IMG/VR virus record: IMGVR_UViG_3300032116_000001
Coordinates: 248,001-312,000 of that record
Reading direction: 5' to 3' (one strand)
Length of the DNA stretch: 64,000 nucleotides
The number at the start of each line of letters is the position of its first letter. The stretch's first letter is position 1. Position numbers and translations under genes: made by a program. Below the pieces are notes generated by a model that was given only the letters and a program-made list of their open reading frames with translations, was not told the DNA's origin and ran no database searches. Positions 1 through 9,893 of the stretch are shown here, one piece after another.

Positions 1-82
1 GAGATAATAACAACTCGTGCACAAATTCTATTGATTTTGAGGATGCAATTTCTCGCAGCACTTGCTCAACGCTTTTCGCCAT
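1..82 (-). CDS. Hypothetical protein, runs off the left edge (MAKSVEQVLREIAS...)
   Basis: Minus-strand ATG at 82-80 with GGAGG SD just upstream; frame open to the window edge. Confidence 0.6.
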   Translation of the reverse strand, partial: MAKSVEQVLREIASSKSIEFVHELLLS

Positions 83-91
83 AGAGCCTCC

Positions 92-412
92 TTATTTTAG
101 GATGTCACTTGCAATATCTTCAATAACAGAAGTTATTCTTCCATCTTTTGAGTGAAGTCTCATGTTGTTAATGTTACGATATTTTTCTTTGATTTTACGT
201 ATAATCAAGTTCACTTTTTGATTAACTTCGTGAATACTGGGGTTGTAATGCCCTTTTGTTCTGAAAAATTTTCTCACAACATTTTCGGTGACCGAATACG
301 CAATTTTAGCCTCGTATCCGTGATCCGAGGCTTGACTTTTTTCAGATGCAAATTGCGTGCGATACCACATAGAATTATTTTTGCTTTTCAAGAGCTGCCA
401 CATTAATGGCAT
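92..412 (-). CDS. Hypothetical protein
   Basis: 106-aa ORF in tandem with flanking minus-strand ORFs; start could be 403. Confidence 0.6.
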   Translation of the reverse strand: MPLMWQLLKSKNNSMWYRTQFASEKSQASDHGYEAKIAYSVTENVVRKFFRTKGHYNPSIHEVNQKVNLIIRKIKEKYRNINNMRLHSKDGRITSVIEDIASDILK

Positions 413-599
413 AAGCCACGTTTTGACTTGCCACGTTCATAACACAGATTGTATGTGATTCATCTTCAAAGATCACATGAAAATCTTTGCCAACTAAAAG
501 CCATCCCTTAAAAATCCCAATGGATTTTTCAGGATTGTAAGTTGTTATTTCCCATTCTCCTTCGCCACGATTATTCAGCACATTGTCTCCTATTCCCAT
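375..599 (-). CDS. Hypothetical protein
   Basis: 74-aa ORF with AGGAG SD upstream on the minus strand. Confidence 0.6.
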   Translation of the reverse strand: MGIGDNVLNNRGEGEWEITTYNPEKSIGIFKGWLLVGKDFHVIFEDESHTICVMNVASQNVAYAINVAALEKQK

Positions 600-728
600 T
601 TTTTAGTTCTCCTGTTTTGTTTTTTAGAACCATGTTTATTTCGGTCATTGAACTTAATTTTCCTTTAAAAACAAAAACACTCGACATATATCCAGAAAAT
701 CCACGAATAAAAGTACATCACCATCGCT

Positions 729-2969
729 ATGGTAGACATTTTGGGTTTAAAAATGACTGCAGATCAAGACAATTTAGTGGAAATCATCGGAGAAGTAACG
801 CGAGTTAATCGCTTTGACAGTGGATACGCCATTGTGACCGTTAAGAAAGGTAATACATCTGTCAAATTAGTGGGAGATATGCCAGGAATTTCCGAGGGTA
901 TGACAATCAAAGCCCTCGCTGAAAAAACTGTACACCAAAAATATGGAGAGCAGTTTAAAGTTCGGGATATTGAGGAAAATGGATTTGCTAATATAGATTC
1001 GCTCATTAAATATTTATCTAGCAACACATTTTCTGGAATAGGGGTTTCCACGGCCAGGTCTATTGTGCAAGTTTTTGGGATGGAAACATTCGATATTTTA
1101 GACAATGATCCAGAAAGACTCTATGATGTCCCAGGCCTATCAGATTCAAAAGTTGACTCTATTATTCAATGTTGGACAGAAAATCGAGAATTTAACAGAA
1201 TTATAGCCGAATTAGTTAAGTATGGCATGACTCCCATGATGGCCAAGAAAGTCTACAAATCGCTTGGCGAATCTGCTTTAGATATGATTCGAGAAAATAT
1301 CTACACATTAACACAAGTTTCGGGAATTGGATTTCTTAAAGCGGATGAAATTGCCCTTAAGTCGGGTGTTAAATTAGATAGTCCACAGCGCGTTGACGCC
1401 GCTGTTTTGTACGTACTCGATCAAGCGTTGTCCAGTGGACATTGTTATTTGCCTCTTCCTGATGTTTCTGAACAATCAGTGGGGCTTCTAAAAGGCAACG
1501 TGAACGCAACACATGTTATGGAGTCTGTCCGAAGGTTGGCTTCGTCATCTCAAATTGTGAACGAAAACCACAAAATATTTCTTTCAGGTATCCGCGAGGC
1601 TGAGAAAAATGTTGCTAGTATGATCACAGATATGTTGTGCTACAAGGGTGATGCCATATACAAAGACCTTGCAGCACTTAGAAAGGATTTAAAACAAATT
1701 GATGTCACAAAAGATATTGTTCTTGCTGAAAAGCAAGAGGAAGCCTTGTTCACGGCCCTTAATTCAAGGGTTGCGATTATAACTGGTGGCCCAGGTGTTG
1801 GTAAAACCACGGTCACGAAAGCCCTTTGTGCGCTTTTCGAAAGGCACAACATGGATTTTTTGCTTTGCGCACCTACGGGCCGCGCTGCAAAAAGGCTTTC
1901 CGAGGCCACAGGATCAGAGGCCTCAACTATACATCGATTGCTAAAAGGGGATTCAACTTCCCAAAAGTTTACTTATCATCAGGGAAATCCACTTTGGGCC
2001 GATGTTGTTGTCATTGATGAATCGTCAATGATGGACATTAGATTGTTTAGATCGATTTTATTTGCAATGGAAAGACACATGAGACTAATTATTGTGGGTG
2101 ATAAAGACCAATTACCATCCGTTGGACCAGGAAATGTATTAAGAGACCTTATTTCATCAGGCAAAGTCCCTTGTGTTAAGTTAGATCAAATATTCAGACA
2201 AAGCAAGGGGAATACTATTATTCCCGTAGCACACGACATTTTGCATGGCGTAGTGCCTGATTTGCCAACACCTATTGAATCTAAAGGAAGAAATTGCGTT
2301 TTAGTTGTCTCTGAAGATCAGGCAACACTGACCGATATGATCATTAAGTTGGTTACTCAATCATTGCCAAAGGCAGGTTTCAAAAATGAAGACATTCAAA
2401 TTCTAACCCCCATGCGTGGTCGGGGACTGGGGGTTGAAGATTTAAATCCACCTCTGCAAGCGGCACTTAATCCGCCATCTGATAAAAAGCCAGAAATCCA
2501 GGATAGAAATCGTATTTTTAGGGTTGGTGATCGCGTTATGCAAATTAAGAATAATTATAAAAAGGGCGATGCGGGGGTTTTCAACGGAGACATAGGTTAT
2601 ATTTCGTCTATTATAAATGACGAAAAAGATGGCACGACAATTTGGGTTAAATACCCCGATATGGAATCGCCAGTTGAGTATTCTCGCGAAGACTGGGATG
2701 AAATTATGCATTGTTTAGCGTGCACTGTTCATAAGTCTCAGGGTGCAGAATATCCTTGCGTAATTTTGGTTCAACATCCTTCCCAATATAATATGCTCCA
2801 ACGCAACTTGATTTACACTGGAGTGACTCGTGCCAAAAAGCTTTGTATTATTGCGGGCACTAAGAAAGCGCTAGAGATAGCAGTGGCAAATGACAGGGAA
2901 ATATCTCGCAATACAACTTTATCTGATCTGTTGAAAAATTTAGTTGACGATACTTCTAGGGCATCATAG
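729..2969 (+). CDS. recD2: RecD2-like SF1B helicase
   Basis: N-terminal HhH repeats (SGIGVSTA, GIGFLKAD), Walker A GGPGVGKT, APTGRAAKRL, IDESSM, VGDKDQLPSVGPG, TVHKSQGAEY, YTGVTRAK. True start may be ATG 753. Ends in TAG. Confidence 0.95.
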   Translation: MVDILGLKMTADQDNLVEIIGEVTRVNRFDSGYAIVTVKKGNTSVKLVGDMPGISEGMTIKALAEKTVHQKYGEQFKVRDIEENGFANIDSLIKYLSSNTFSGIGVSTARSIVQVFGMETFDILDNDPERLYDVPGLSDSKVDSIIQCWTENREFNRIIAELVKYGMTPMMAKKVYKSLGESALDMIRENIYTLTQVSGIGFLKADEIALKSGVKLDSPQRVDAAVLYVLDQALSSGHCYLPLPDVSEQSVGLLKGNVNATHVMESVRRLASSSQIVNENHKIFLSGIREAEKNVASMITDMLCYKGDAIYKDLAALRKDLKQIDVTKDIVLAEKQEEALFTALNSRVAIITGGPGVGKTTVTKALCALFERHNMDFLLCAPTGRAAKRLSEATGSEASTIHRLLKGDSTSQKFTYHQGNPLWADVVVIDESSMMDIRLFRSILFAMERHMRLIIVGDKDQLPSVGPGNVLRDLISSGKVPCVKLDQIFRQSKGNTIIPVAHDILHGVVPDLPTPIESKGRNCVLVVSEDQATLTDMIIKLVTQSLPKAGFKNEDIQILTPMRGRGLGVEDLNPPLQAALNPPSDKKPEIQDRNRIFRVGDRVMQIKNNYKKGDAGVFNGDIGYISSIINDEKDGTTIWVKYPDMESPVEYSREDWDEIMHCLACTVHKSQGAEYPCVILVQHPSQYNMLQRNLIYTGVTRAKKLCIIAGTKKALEIAVANDREISRNTTLSDLLKNLVDDTSRAS

Positions 2970-2973
2970 CAAA

Positions 2974-3004
2974 AGCCCTGCAAATGAAAAACATTTGCAG
3001 GGCT
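2974..3004 (+). terminator. Hairpin after recD2, probable terminator
   Basis: 13-bp stem AGCCCTGCAAATG / CATTTGCAGGGCT followed by a T-rich tract. Confidence 0.7.
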
Positions 3005-3023
3005 GCTTGGTTTTTGTTGAGAA
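2999..3023 (+). promoter_or_regulatory. Putative phage late promoter AGG-N18-AGAA
   Basis: Same spacing recurs at 7 intergenic sites in the window. Confidence 0.6.
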
Positions 3024-3087
3024 TTTTTATTAAGATATTGAGCAACTTTATTGTTCATCGTAACTTCTGAGGAGATTTAAACACAAA

Positions 3088-3930
3088 ATGTTAAGAAAAT
3101 TCGCCGAAACTGCCATGTGGCTTGACCAGCAGGGGCTTTTTGCTGAAGCTGATGTTGTAACTGACGTGCTTCGCAAATATGCTGCTAATGCCCTTTGGGA
3201 GGCAGATGACGAAAATGATGTTGAGGAAATTGACCCATATCATGCTCAGATGTATCACACAATTAAGAATTTAGACTTAAGCGACCCTGAACACCTAGAA
3301 ATTATTCGCGGCGCACATCCAGAACTTGCCGATGCGATAGAAAATTATACACCTGGCCGCAGAATACCAATGAAAGAGCCAATGCGGTATGGACCTCGGA
3401 CAGTAATGTTGCCCCCAGGATTTAAAAGCAATTTTGAAAAAAGACTCCCAGAGTTTTTTATGAGCCCAGATCAACTTCAACGCAACAGAGAGGCTTTTTA
3501 TGACAGACTCGATAAGGCCACACGCAACCGATCTCGTCGTGCAACTTTTGATTTAGATTATGCTTCTACAAGCAAACCTGGATATGAGCGGTCTTACATT
3601 TTTGATCCCGAATTAAATAGTCTAATGTCTTCTGACCCCGATTTTAGACCAAGCGAAAACAATGTTAGTCTTTATGACAAAAGAAAGCTTCGCGCACTTT
3701 TTGATCCAACATTTGATCTTGAGTCACTGGATGAAGACGAAAAATCTGGAAGAGAGCGCTATTTAGGCGTTGATCCCAAGACGGGTGAACCATACTCTCT
3801 TCCTAAGCAGATTGGTTGGGCTCACCGTCAAATTAAGCCCGAAAGTGTTTTAACATTCCGCGGTCACAAAGGCGAAGTCGATCCCGAAACTGGAAAGCGC
3901 AAGCCAAATTACTACTTTAAAGCCAGATAG
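3088..3930 (+). CDS. Hypothetical protein with N-terminal A-x2-LD-x2-G-x3-EAD motif; possible virion/internal protein
   Basis: AMWLDQQGLFAEADVVTDVLRKYA; GAGGAG SD; ends TAG-TAA. Confidence 0.75.
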   Translation: MLRKFAETAMWLDQQGLFAEADVVTDVLRKYAANALWEADDENDVEEIDPYHAQMYHTIKNLDLSDPEHLEIIRGAHPELADAIENYTPGRRIPMKEPMRYGPRTVMLPPGFKSNFEKRLPEFFMSPDQLQRNREAFYDRLDKATRNRSRRATFDLDYASTSKPGYERSYIFDPELNSLMSSDPDFRPSENNVSLYDKRKLRALFDPTFDLESLDEDEKSGRERYLGVDPKTGEPYSLPKQIGWAHRQIKPESVLTFRGHKGEVDPETGKRKPNYYFKAR

Positions 3931-3944
3931 TAAAAGGATACATT

Positions 3945-5009
3945 ATGGATAAGCCTTGGTTAAAATCAGGAATACAAAGGTTGGATGAGGCGGATTCCGC
4001 CCTTATCCGCGAATCTGATTTTCTTTACAAAGAGGCTATTCGCGGCGAGATGGACTGGGGAGGCTACGGAAGAACCGCGCTAGAGGGCGGAGCAGGAGGG
4101 GCTATCGGTGGCGCTCTTTTCGGGGGCGTGGGAGCTGTTCCTGGGGCTGCCATTGGTGCGGCGGGTAACGTCGCGATCAAAGGCATAACAGACATATGGT
4201 ACAATACTCGCTCGAACCAAGATAAAGCATCTTGGCAAGCTGGCGATCTTGAGGAGAGATTGAACAAACTTGCGGACTTAATTCAAGGGCAAGACTCAAC
4301 TCTAGCCTCGGTACTAAAGACATTAGGTAACCAATACAAAGAGTTTGTTGACGGGCATATTCAGGGAAGAAAATCTGAAAATTTTCAAAGCAATAGATTC
4401 AATATTTCTCCTGAAGAAATGACGCAAAAATTTCAGCAGGAATATGCTAATTTACAAAACTTAAGAGCCTCATCATACGAGAGTATTAATCAAATTGTCA
4501 GAATAGCATCATCTGCGGATAATCAAAACTATTTTATATCAAACTCTAACAATTCGCCATCTTCAAATTATGGCCATGACTTAGGCTCTTCCGCTAAGCA
4601 ATTAGGCACGGAATTAGGCACAGGTGCATTGGGTGGTAATGCTGGGGAATACGCAGTTAAGAAAACTGTTCAAAACCTTGCTCCCAATATGTTAAAAGGC
4701 GTGGGCAGCCTAAAGAGTATGGGCGTTGGATTAGTCGGCGAATTAGGTGTTGGAGCTATCTTTGATGCCATTGAAAATTTACAAGGTGCTCAAAAACTTT
4801 ATCACAATCAGTCAGTAGATATACAAAAAATTATCACAGAAGTTAACAGGCTTACAGGAAATGATCCTCAAGTATTAGCTGCTGGAAATCAAGTTTGGAC
4901 TTATGTTTTAGAAGGCAAAGAGCGAATTGATAATATGGTTCAAAACGCCCAGTCGTCATATGCACAAAATAAATCTGCGAACACTAATGTTAGTAGATTT
5001 AAAAGATAA
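3945..5009 (+). CDS. Hypothetical glycine-zipper protein; possible internal virion/ejection protein
   Basis: Two Gly/Ala-rich GxxxG segments (GGAGGAIGGALFGGVGAVPGAAIG; LGTGALGG...GELGVG) between helical regions. Confidence 0.7.
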   Translation: MDKPWLKSGIQRLDEADSALIRESDFLYKEAIRGEMDWGGYGRTALEGGAGGAIGGALFGGVGAVPGAAIGAAGNVAIKGITDIWYNTRSNQDKASWQAGDLEERLNKLADLIQGQDSTLASVLKTLGNQYKEFVDGHIQGRKSENFQSNRFNISPEEMTQKFQQEYANLQNLRASSYESINQIVRIASSADNQNYFISNSNNSPSSNYGHDLGSSAKQLGTELGTGALGGNAGEYAVKKTVQNLAPNMLKGVGSLKSMGVGLVGELGVGAIFDAIENLQGAQKLYHNQSVDIQKIITEVNRLTGNDPQVLAAGNQVWTYVLEGKERIDNMVQNAQSSYAQNKSANTNVSRFKR

Positions 5010-5014
5010 ATCTA

Positions 5015-5209
5015 ATGAAAAGCCCATGTATTAAGATTTGCAAACTTGACAACAATGTCTGTATTGCTTGCAAGCGATCATTAGAAGAAATACGTAATTG
5101 GTCTCAATATTCAGATGAACAAAGAGAATTAATTATGATGGATATTAAAAATAATCGATTTTCTATTGAGTGTTATATGTATAAACCCAATAATGAAGTT
5201 AAAAAATGA
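5015..5209 (+). CDS. DUF1289-family small Cys-rich protein
   Basis: SPCIKICKLD..VCIACKRSLEEIRNWS signature. Confidence 0.85.
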   Translation: MKSPCIKICKLDNNVCIACKRSLEEIRNWSQYSDEQRELIMMDIKNNRFSIECYMYKPNNEVKK

Positions 5210-5240
5210 AATTTTAACTTTGCTCTAAGCGGTTACTGGT

Positions 5241-6632
5241 ATGATTGATCCTAATAAAATTATCTCAGATGCAAATTGTGTTGTTTGCGGTACTCCACCT
5301 GAAGAAGGCTCAACTGACCAGCGTTACATTCAGTTTCATGATCGTAAAATATTTTTGTGCGGCAAGCATGCCGAGGCCTTTCATATTGGTGCTGTGATGG
5401 GTCAGCTAGAGCTAAATTCTGCATTAGCGGAATTTATTTTAAAAATGGACGATCCATTAAATTCTCAACAAATCAAAGAGCACATACTTGAAATGGTTCC
5501 GTCAGCACGGCGGCAACTTGAAGATAAGCAATTGCAAGCTCATATAAAAGGAACATATAAGGAGCAATCACCTAGAGAAATTTATGAATATCTTGACAAA
5601 AATGTTATTGGCCAAGAAGAAGCAAAAAGACGCATAAGTTTAGCAGTCTACGAACATTATAAAAACGCCCAAAGACGCGCAGATAGCCCGCTATTAGAAA
5701 AACAAAATATACTTATGCTTGGGCCTTCTGGAAGTGGAAAAACATTAATTGCAAATTCCATTGCGAAAATATTAGACGTTCCATTTGTGTCCGCCGATGC
5801 AACAAGTTATTCTCCCACAGGGTTTCAGGGCGCAGATGTTGATACCATTATTTTTGAAATGATGTACAAATCAAGCGGGGTACATCATGCCGCAGAACAA
5901 GGCATTGCATTTATTGACGAAATTGACAAGCTTTCAACACATGCAATGCAAGGCACAAAATCAGAGGGCTTAAACTACGCAACACAAAGTTCTTTACTTA
6001 AACTTATTGAGGGCAAAAAAGTAAAAGTGCCAATGCAAAATTTGGGCCACCCGCCTGGAACAATGACAATGGTGGATACAACCAAGATGCTTTTTATGTT
6101 CGGCGGGGCATTTAACGGACTTGCTGAGCAGGTGGGCAAGTTGATGGGATACTCTGGAAGAACCATTTCCTTATCCAAAAGAAATGAAGAAGATCGTATA
6201 GAATCTTCGATACGCTCGTATAATATTCTTGCCGAAGCGTCAACCGATGTGATCATAAAAGCGTTGATAGATTTTGGAATGAACACCGAGTTTATTGGTC
6301 GAATTCCAATTATTGTTCCGCTTGCGCCACTAACTAAAGAGCAACTTTACAAGTGCTTAATTGATTTGCCAAACTCGCCAGTTTCCAGATCGCAAATGCT
6401 TTTCGCGGAATCAGGAGTAAAATTGGAGTTTGAGGAAAGCATGCTTCAGGCAGTTGTTGAAACAACTGCCAAATCAGACACAGGAACTCGTGCTTTAAAT
6501 ACTCTTGTTAAAAGAGCTGTTAGCCAAGCCGCGTTTGATCTTTTAGGTTCAGAACCTTCCAGAAAGATCAAACATGTTGTTATAACAAATGAGTGCATTG
6601 CCAATCCAGAATCGTATGTTACAATTAATTAA
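5241..6632 (+). CDS. clpX: ClpX-like AAA+ ATPase (divergent)
   Basis: N-terminal CxxC...CxxH, LDKNVIGQEEAK, KQNILMLGPSGSGKT, FIDEIDK, LLKLIEG, EFIGRIP, TGTRAL. Confidence 0.9.
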   Translation: MIDPNKIISDANCVVCGTPPEEGSTDQRYIQFHDRKIFLCGKHAEAFHIGAVMGQLELNSALAEFILKMDDPLNSQQIKEHILEMVPSARRQLEDKQLQAHIKGTYKEQSPREIYEYLDKNVIGQEEAKRRISLAVYEHYKNAQRRADSPLLEKQNILMLGPSGSGKTLIANSIAKILDVPFVSADATSYSPTGFQGADVDTIIFEMMYKSSGVHHAAEQGIAFIDEIDKLSTHAMQGTKSEGLNYATQSSLLKLIEGKKVKVPMQNLGHPPGTMTMVDTTKMLFMFGGAFNGLAEQVGKLMGYSGRTISLSKRNEEDRIESSIRSYNILAEASTDVIIKALIDFGMNTEFIGRIPIIVPLAPLTKEQLYKCLIDLPNSPVSRSQMLFAESGVKLEFEESMLQAVVETTAKSDTGTRALNTLVKRAVSQAAFDLLGSEPSRKIKHVVITNECIANPESYVTIN

Positions 6633-6894
6633 GCCATGATTTAGCTACAAAGAATGCAGCAAGAAGCCAAACTAATCCGATTATAATTGCAGGGCCGACC
6701 CCTGATCCAACAAAAGCCGAAATCATAACCCATGTGCCAAAGGCGATGCCTCCTGTTACGGCAATATAGATCAACACACCCATAAAAAGCAAAGGTAAAA
6801 GGCTCCATTCCTTTCGAGAATTGGGCAGAGCGGCATAAAGAATGATCGTGCCAATCGCTGACATAATCACGAGATTAATGATATTTAAAAACAT
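6625..6894 (-). CDS. Small membrane protein (about 3 TM segments)
   Basis: Hydrophobic 89-aa ORF with AAGGA SD. Confidence 0.7.
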   Translation of the reverse strand: MFLNIINLVIMSAIGTIILYAALPNSRKEWSLLPLLFMGVLIYIAVTGGIAFGTWVMISAFVGSGVGPAIIIGLVWLLAAFFVAKSWLN

Positions 6895-6929
6895 GTGTTC
6901 CTTATTGTACTATATTATTTCTCTATTAT

Positions 6930-6945
6930 AAAAAAGGGGATTTTT
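6930..6945 (-). promoter_or_regulatory. 16-bp motif AAAAATCCCCTTTTTT, copy 1
   Basis: Exact copies at 38121 and 60097; each lies upstream of a gene start. Confidence 0.6.
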
Positions 6946-6952
6946 TGATTCA

Positions 6953-6977
6953 AGGTTTTTTTAGAAAAAATATTGAA
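6953..6977 (+). promoter_or_regulatory. Putative late promoter AGG-N18-TGAA
   Basis: Upstream of the 7007 gene; conserved spacing. Confidence 0.55.
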
Positions 6978-7006
6978 TTTATACTTATACCCTTGGGCAA
7001 GACACT

Positions 7007-8230
7007 ATGACTAATAAATTTTCAAAGACAAATCCAATTGAGCGCGTGTTGGATAATATGCGCGAAGCGGCCATAAACGCTGACTCAGAAAGAGTTGTAG
7101 TTGCGGCTGGTGAGCTAAAAAGTCTGTGGAATTTTTTCAGACGAACGCGAAGTCCGTTTAAAAATACGGATGAAGTCAAAGAGTTGTTTAAAGGGCACAC
7201 TCCAAGTGCCCAAAATGAAATTTTGAACAGAGTTCTTCAAGAAAAAACACTTGAGGCCTTGTCTCCAACAAAAAGAGGAGTTCAAAATATTGGCGTCGGA
7301 AACTTTATGCCTGATGACATGAAAAATCCAACAAAAATTCATGACAGTGACACTTTGCGAGCAATGATTGAGTCTGCTAATTTTGGCCAAGGACGAGGCC
7401 AAATTGGCAATCTAATACAGAAAATCATAGGTGATAACAGGCTAAAGCAAACATTAGAAAAACCACTTGATCCATCAATTGTCGTCAGGGTTGATAACTT
7501 TAATATGAACCCTAAACCTGTTACGATGATGGAATTACTCACCAATCCATCAGCGGCAAACCTGAAAAGAATTGACTCACAAGGCCATGCTGTTGATTAT
7601 GATCAGGTCGAGCTAAATAAAGAAGTAGACAAAATAGCAACTCAATTTGCTGAGCAATACAAAGATGTTGCAGTTTTTAATTATATGAAGGGACTGGCTT
7701 ATAAAGCTATTCTTGCTGTCATTGGTTTAAAGGCTGCGGCTGGTATTGCCATTCCTGCGGCTGCTGCAGCGACCATGGGTTCACCAAGTTCCACGGACAT
7801 ACAAAAATCACTCAATCCATCGCCCACTGCTCCAGTTTCGCCCAATAATACGCAAACAAATAGCTCAAGTTCTGGTCACCCGCACATGACTAACGGCAAC
7901 AATTTTGGTTCACTCGGAGGTATTCAGTCGGCTCCCGATATGTTTGGCAATGATACATTTACAAACAAAGTTGTTGATTATTCTTCTATGTTTAGAGAAA
8001 ATTCAACAAATGACTTACGAATAAGTCTGGCCCAATCTATGATTCAAGAAGCGCCAGAAGAGGCAAAAGAATACCTTGCGTCGATTCCTGATGTTCATCA
8101 ATTTGTTCAAAATATCATTAGCATTATTAATCAACATGGTGGGCCAGAGTCCACGAAAGCAATAGAACATGCAAATCAGTATGTGGGAACAATTGCTGAC
8201 AAAACTGATTTAATATCAAAAACAATTTAA
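7007..8230 (+). CDS. Hypothetical protein; possible virion internal protein
   Basis: 407 aa with one Ala-rich hydrophobic segment and an S/P/N-rich linker. Confidence 0.75.
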   Translation: MTNKFSKTNPIERVLDNMREAAINADSERVVVAAGELKSLWNFFRRTRSPFKNTDEVKELFKGHTPSAQNEILNRVLQEKTLEALSPTKRGVQNIGVGNFMPDDMKNPTKIHDSDTLRAMIESANFGQGRGQIGNLIQKIIGDNRLKQTLEKPLDPSIVVRVDNFNMNPKPVTMMELLTNPSAANLKRIDSQGHAVDYDQVELNKEVDKIATQFAEQYKDVAVFNYMKGLAYKAILAVIGLKAAAGIAIPAAAAATMGSPSSTDIQKSLNPSPTAPVSPNNTQTNSSSSGHPHMTNGNNFGSLGGIQSAPDMFGNDTFTNKVVDYSSMFRENSTNDLRISLAQSMIQEAPEEAKEYLASIPDVHQFVQNIISIINQHGGPESTKAIEHANQYVGTIADKTDLISKTI

Positions 8231-8247
8231 GGCAATAGGGGTATTTT

Positions 8248-8988
8248 ATGAATTCAAACAATTATCAAAGTTTAGTTAAAATGGCGTCTAAAGCCGATAA
8301 CACGGGAGATTACAAAACAGCAGACGCTATTACAGATTTTCTTAGAATTTCCCAGGCTTTAACTTTAAACAAGGCCCTTCAGGGTGTTCCTGGAATGGAA
8401 ATGAGCACTCAAAACCTTGGCGACTCTGCCGAAGGAGCATACAAAGGTTATTTCAAGGGTAATCCTCGGGGAACATTCCAGGATTCATCATCATCTGCAC
8501 CCGATGCACCGATGGTATCACAGGCTAACAATCCTTTAAACTGGGAGGGTAAAAGCGCGGAAGAAATAGGAAAAATGATGTATGATGAATCAATTGCGCT
8601 GCGAAATGACCCAAGCATGGTTTACAGAAATCAGCAAAGCCTAATGCAATATGCAGAATTTCTCCGTCGATATCCAAATTTACCACAGCCCGTTAGACAG
8701 CAAATGTACCAGGCTATTTCTGGGATGCTTTTGGGACAAATGTGGGGTCAGAGCCCGCAAGTTATGCAACAAACTATGGCTCGATTATTCCAATCGTGGC
8801 CAGACATGCCAGCCGATTTGAAAAACTTTTTGAACTCTGAAGCACAAAAGATTATGCAAATGCAATCAACGAATCAGCAAATGCAGGGTGGTAGCGCAAA
8901 TTATTCAGGCCAATCATATAACAGCATGCCAACAACCAACTTACTTGGCTATCAGGGCGCGAGCGGAACACCAACTCCAATTACTTAA
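8248..8988 (+). CDS. Q/M-rich hypothetical protein with the shared N-terminal motif
   Basis: LVKMASKADNTGDYKTADAITDFLRISQ. Confidence 0.75.
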   Translation: MNSNNYQSLVKMASKADNTGDYKTADAITDFLRISQALTLNKALQGVPGMEMSTQNLGDSAEGAYKGYFKGNPRGTFQDSSSSAPDAPMVSQANNPLNWEGKSAEEIGKMMYDESIALRNDPSMVYRNQQSLMQYAEFLRRYPNLPQPVRQQMYQAISGMLLGQMWGQSPQVMQQTMARLFQSWPDMPADLKNFLNSEAQKIMQMQSTNQQMQGGSANYSGQSYNSMPTTNLLGYQGASGTPTPIT

Positions 8989-9009
8989 CTTGCTGTATAA
9001 AAATCTTAA

Positions 9010-9873
9010 ATGAAAAAGTTTGTTAAATTACCTGTCGGCCAAGCTTGCGAGTGCCCGTTTTACCTCCAGGATGTATCTGGTGATAACAAGTGTGTTTTTA
9101 AATTCTTTGTAACACAAGACAAACTTTCAAAATCTTTTTTAGAGCCAGAAGATTTCAGTGAAGACACCTGGAAGGAAGATTGCGAAGGTTTATATTCCCA
9201 GTGTTCTGTTTTGCCTATAATTTGGCAAATGGATGAAGATATCGAAAGCAATGATGAAGAAATCACAGAAGAAGATCAACTAGAAAGTGAAGATTCTGAA
9301 GATTACGACGATTCTGATGAGCCTGATGATTACGAGGATGGAGATGAACATGAAGTTGTTCAAGTTAGCATTCATCAGGTTGATAATCCTTATGCTGTGA
9401 AGTCTGATATTTTGGTTTTGCCTACAAACATTGGCTTAACAATAGATGACTATAAATTAAACCGCCTTTCAAAAGGCTTAATTCAAGAAGAATGTGATAA
9501 AATTGCCGAAGATTCTGTGAAGATGGGCCACGTTTACCTAACAAGCAATGGTGGAGAAAAAAGCTTAGTAGTTCCCAAGGCTATCGTTCATGCAGTTGTG
9601 GCTGGATTTAGCAGGTTGGTCAATGAGCAAGACATAAAAACAGCAATGAGAAAATCTTTATTAATGGCCGAAGAATTAGGCGCAAATAAAGTAGTAATTC
9701 TTCCATGTGATTGTGGCACTCATGACATTGCTCACACGGCCAGAGTGCAGCTATCTGCAATATATACATTTTTAAACAGTGTTGAAACAAAATCAATCAC
9801 CCATGTATATATTGTTATGGAAGATGAAGAAAGTTTTAATATTTTCCAGGAATACTTTAATAGAATATTCTAA
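9010..9873 (+). CDS. Macro-domain protein with Cys-rich N-terminus and acidic linker
   Basis: DILVLPTN, GHVYLTSNG, KAIVHAVV, AEELGANKVVILP..CG. Confidence 0.8.
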   Translation: MKKFVKLPVGQACECPFYLQDVSGDNKCVFKFFVTQDKLSKSFLEPEDFSEDTWKEDCEGLYSQCSVLPIIWQMDEDIESNDEEITEEDQLESEDSEDYDDSDEPDDYEDGDEHEVVQVSIHQVDNPYAVKSDILVLPTNIGLTIDDYKLNRLSKGLIQEECDKIAEDSVKMGHVYLTSNGGEKSLVVPKAIVHAVVAGFSRLVNEQDIKTAMRKSLLMAEELGANKVVILPCDCGTHDIAHTARVQLSAIYTFLNSVETKSITHVYIVMEDEESFNIFQEYFNRIF

Positions 9874-9893
9874 TAATACAAAGAGGAAAACCA

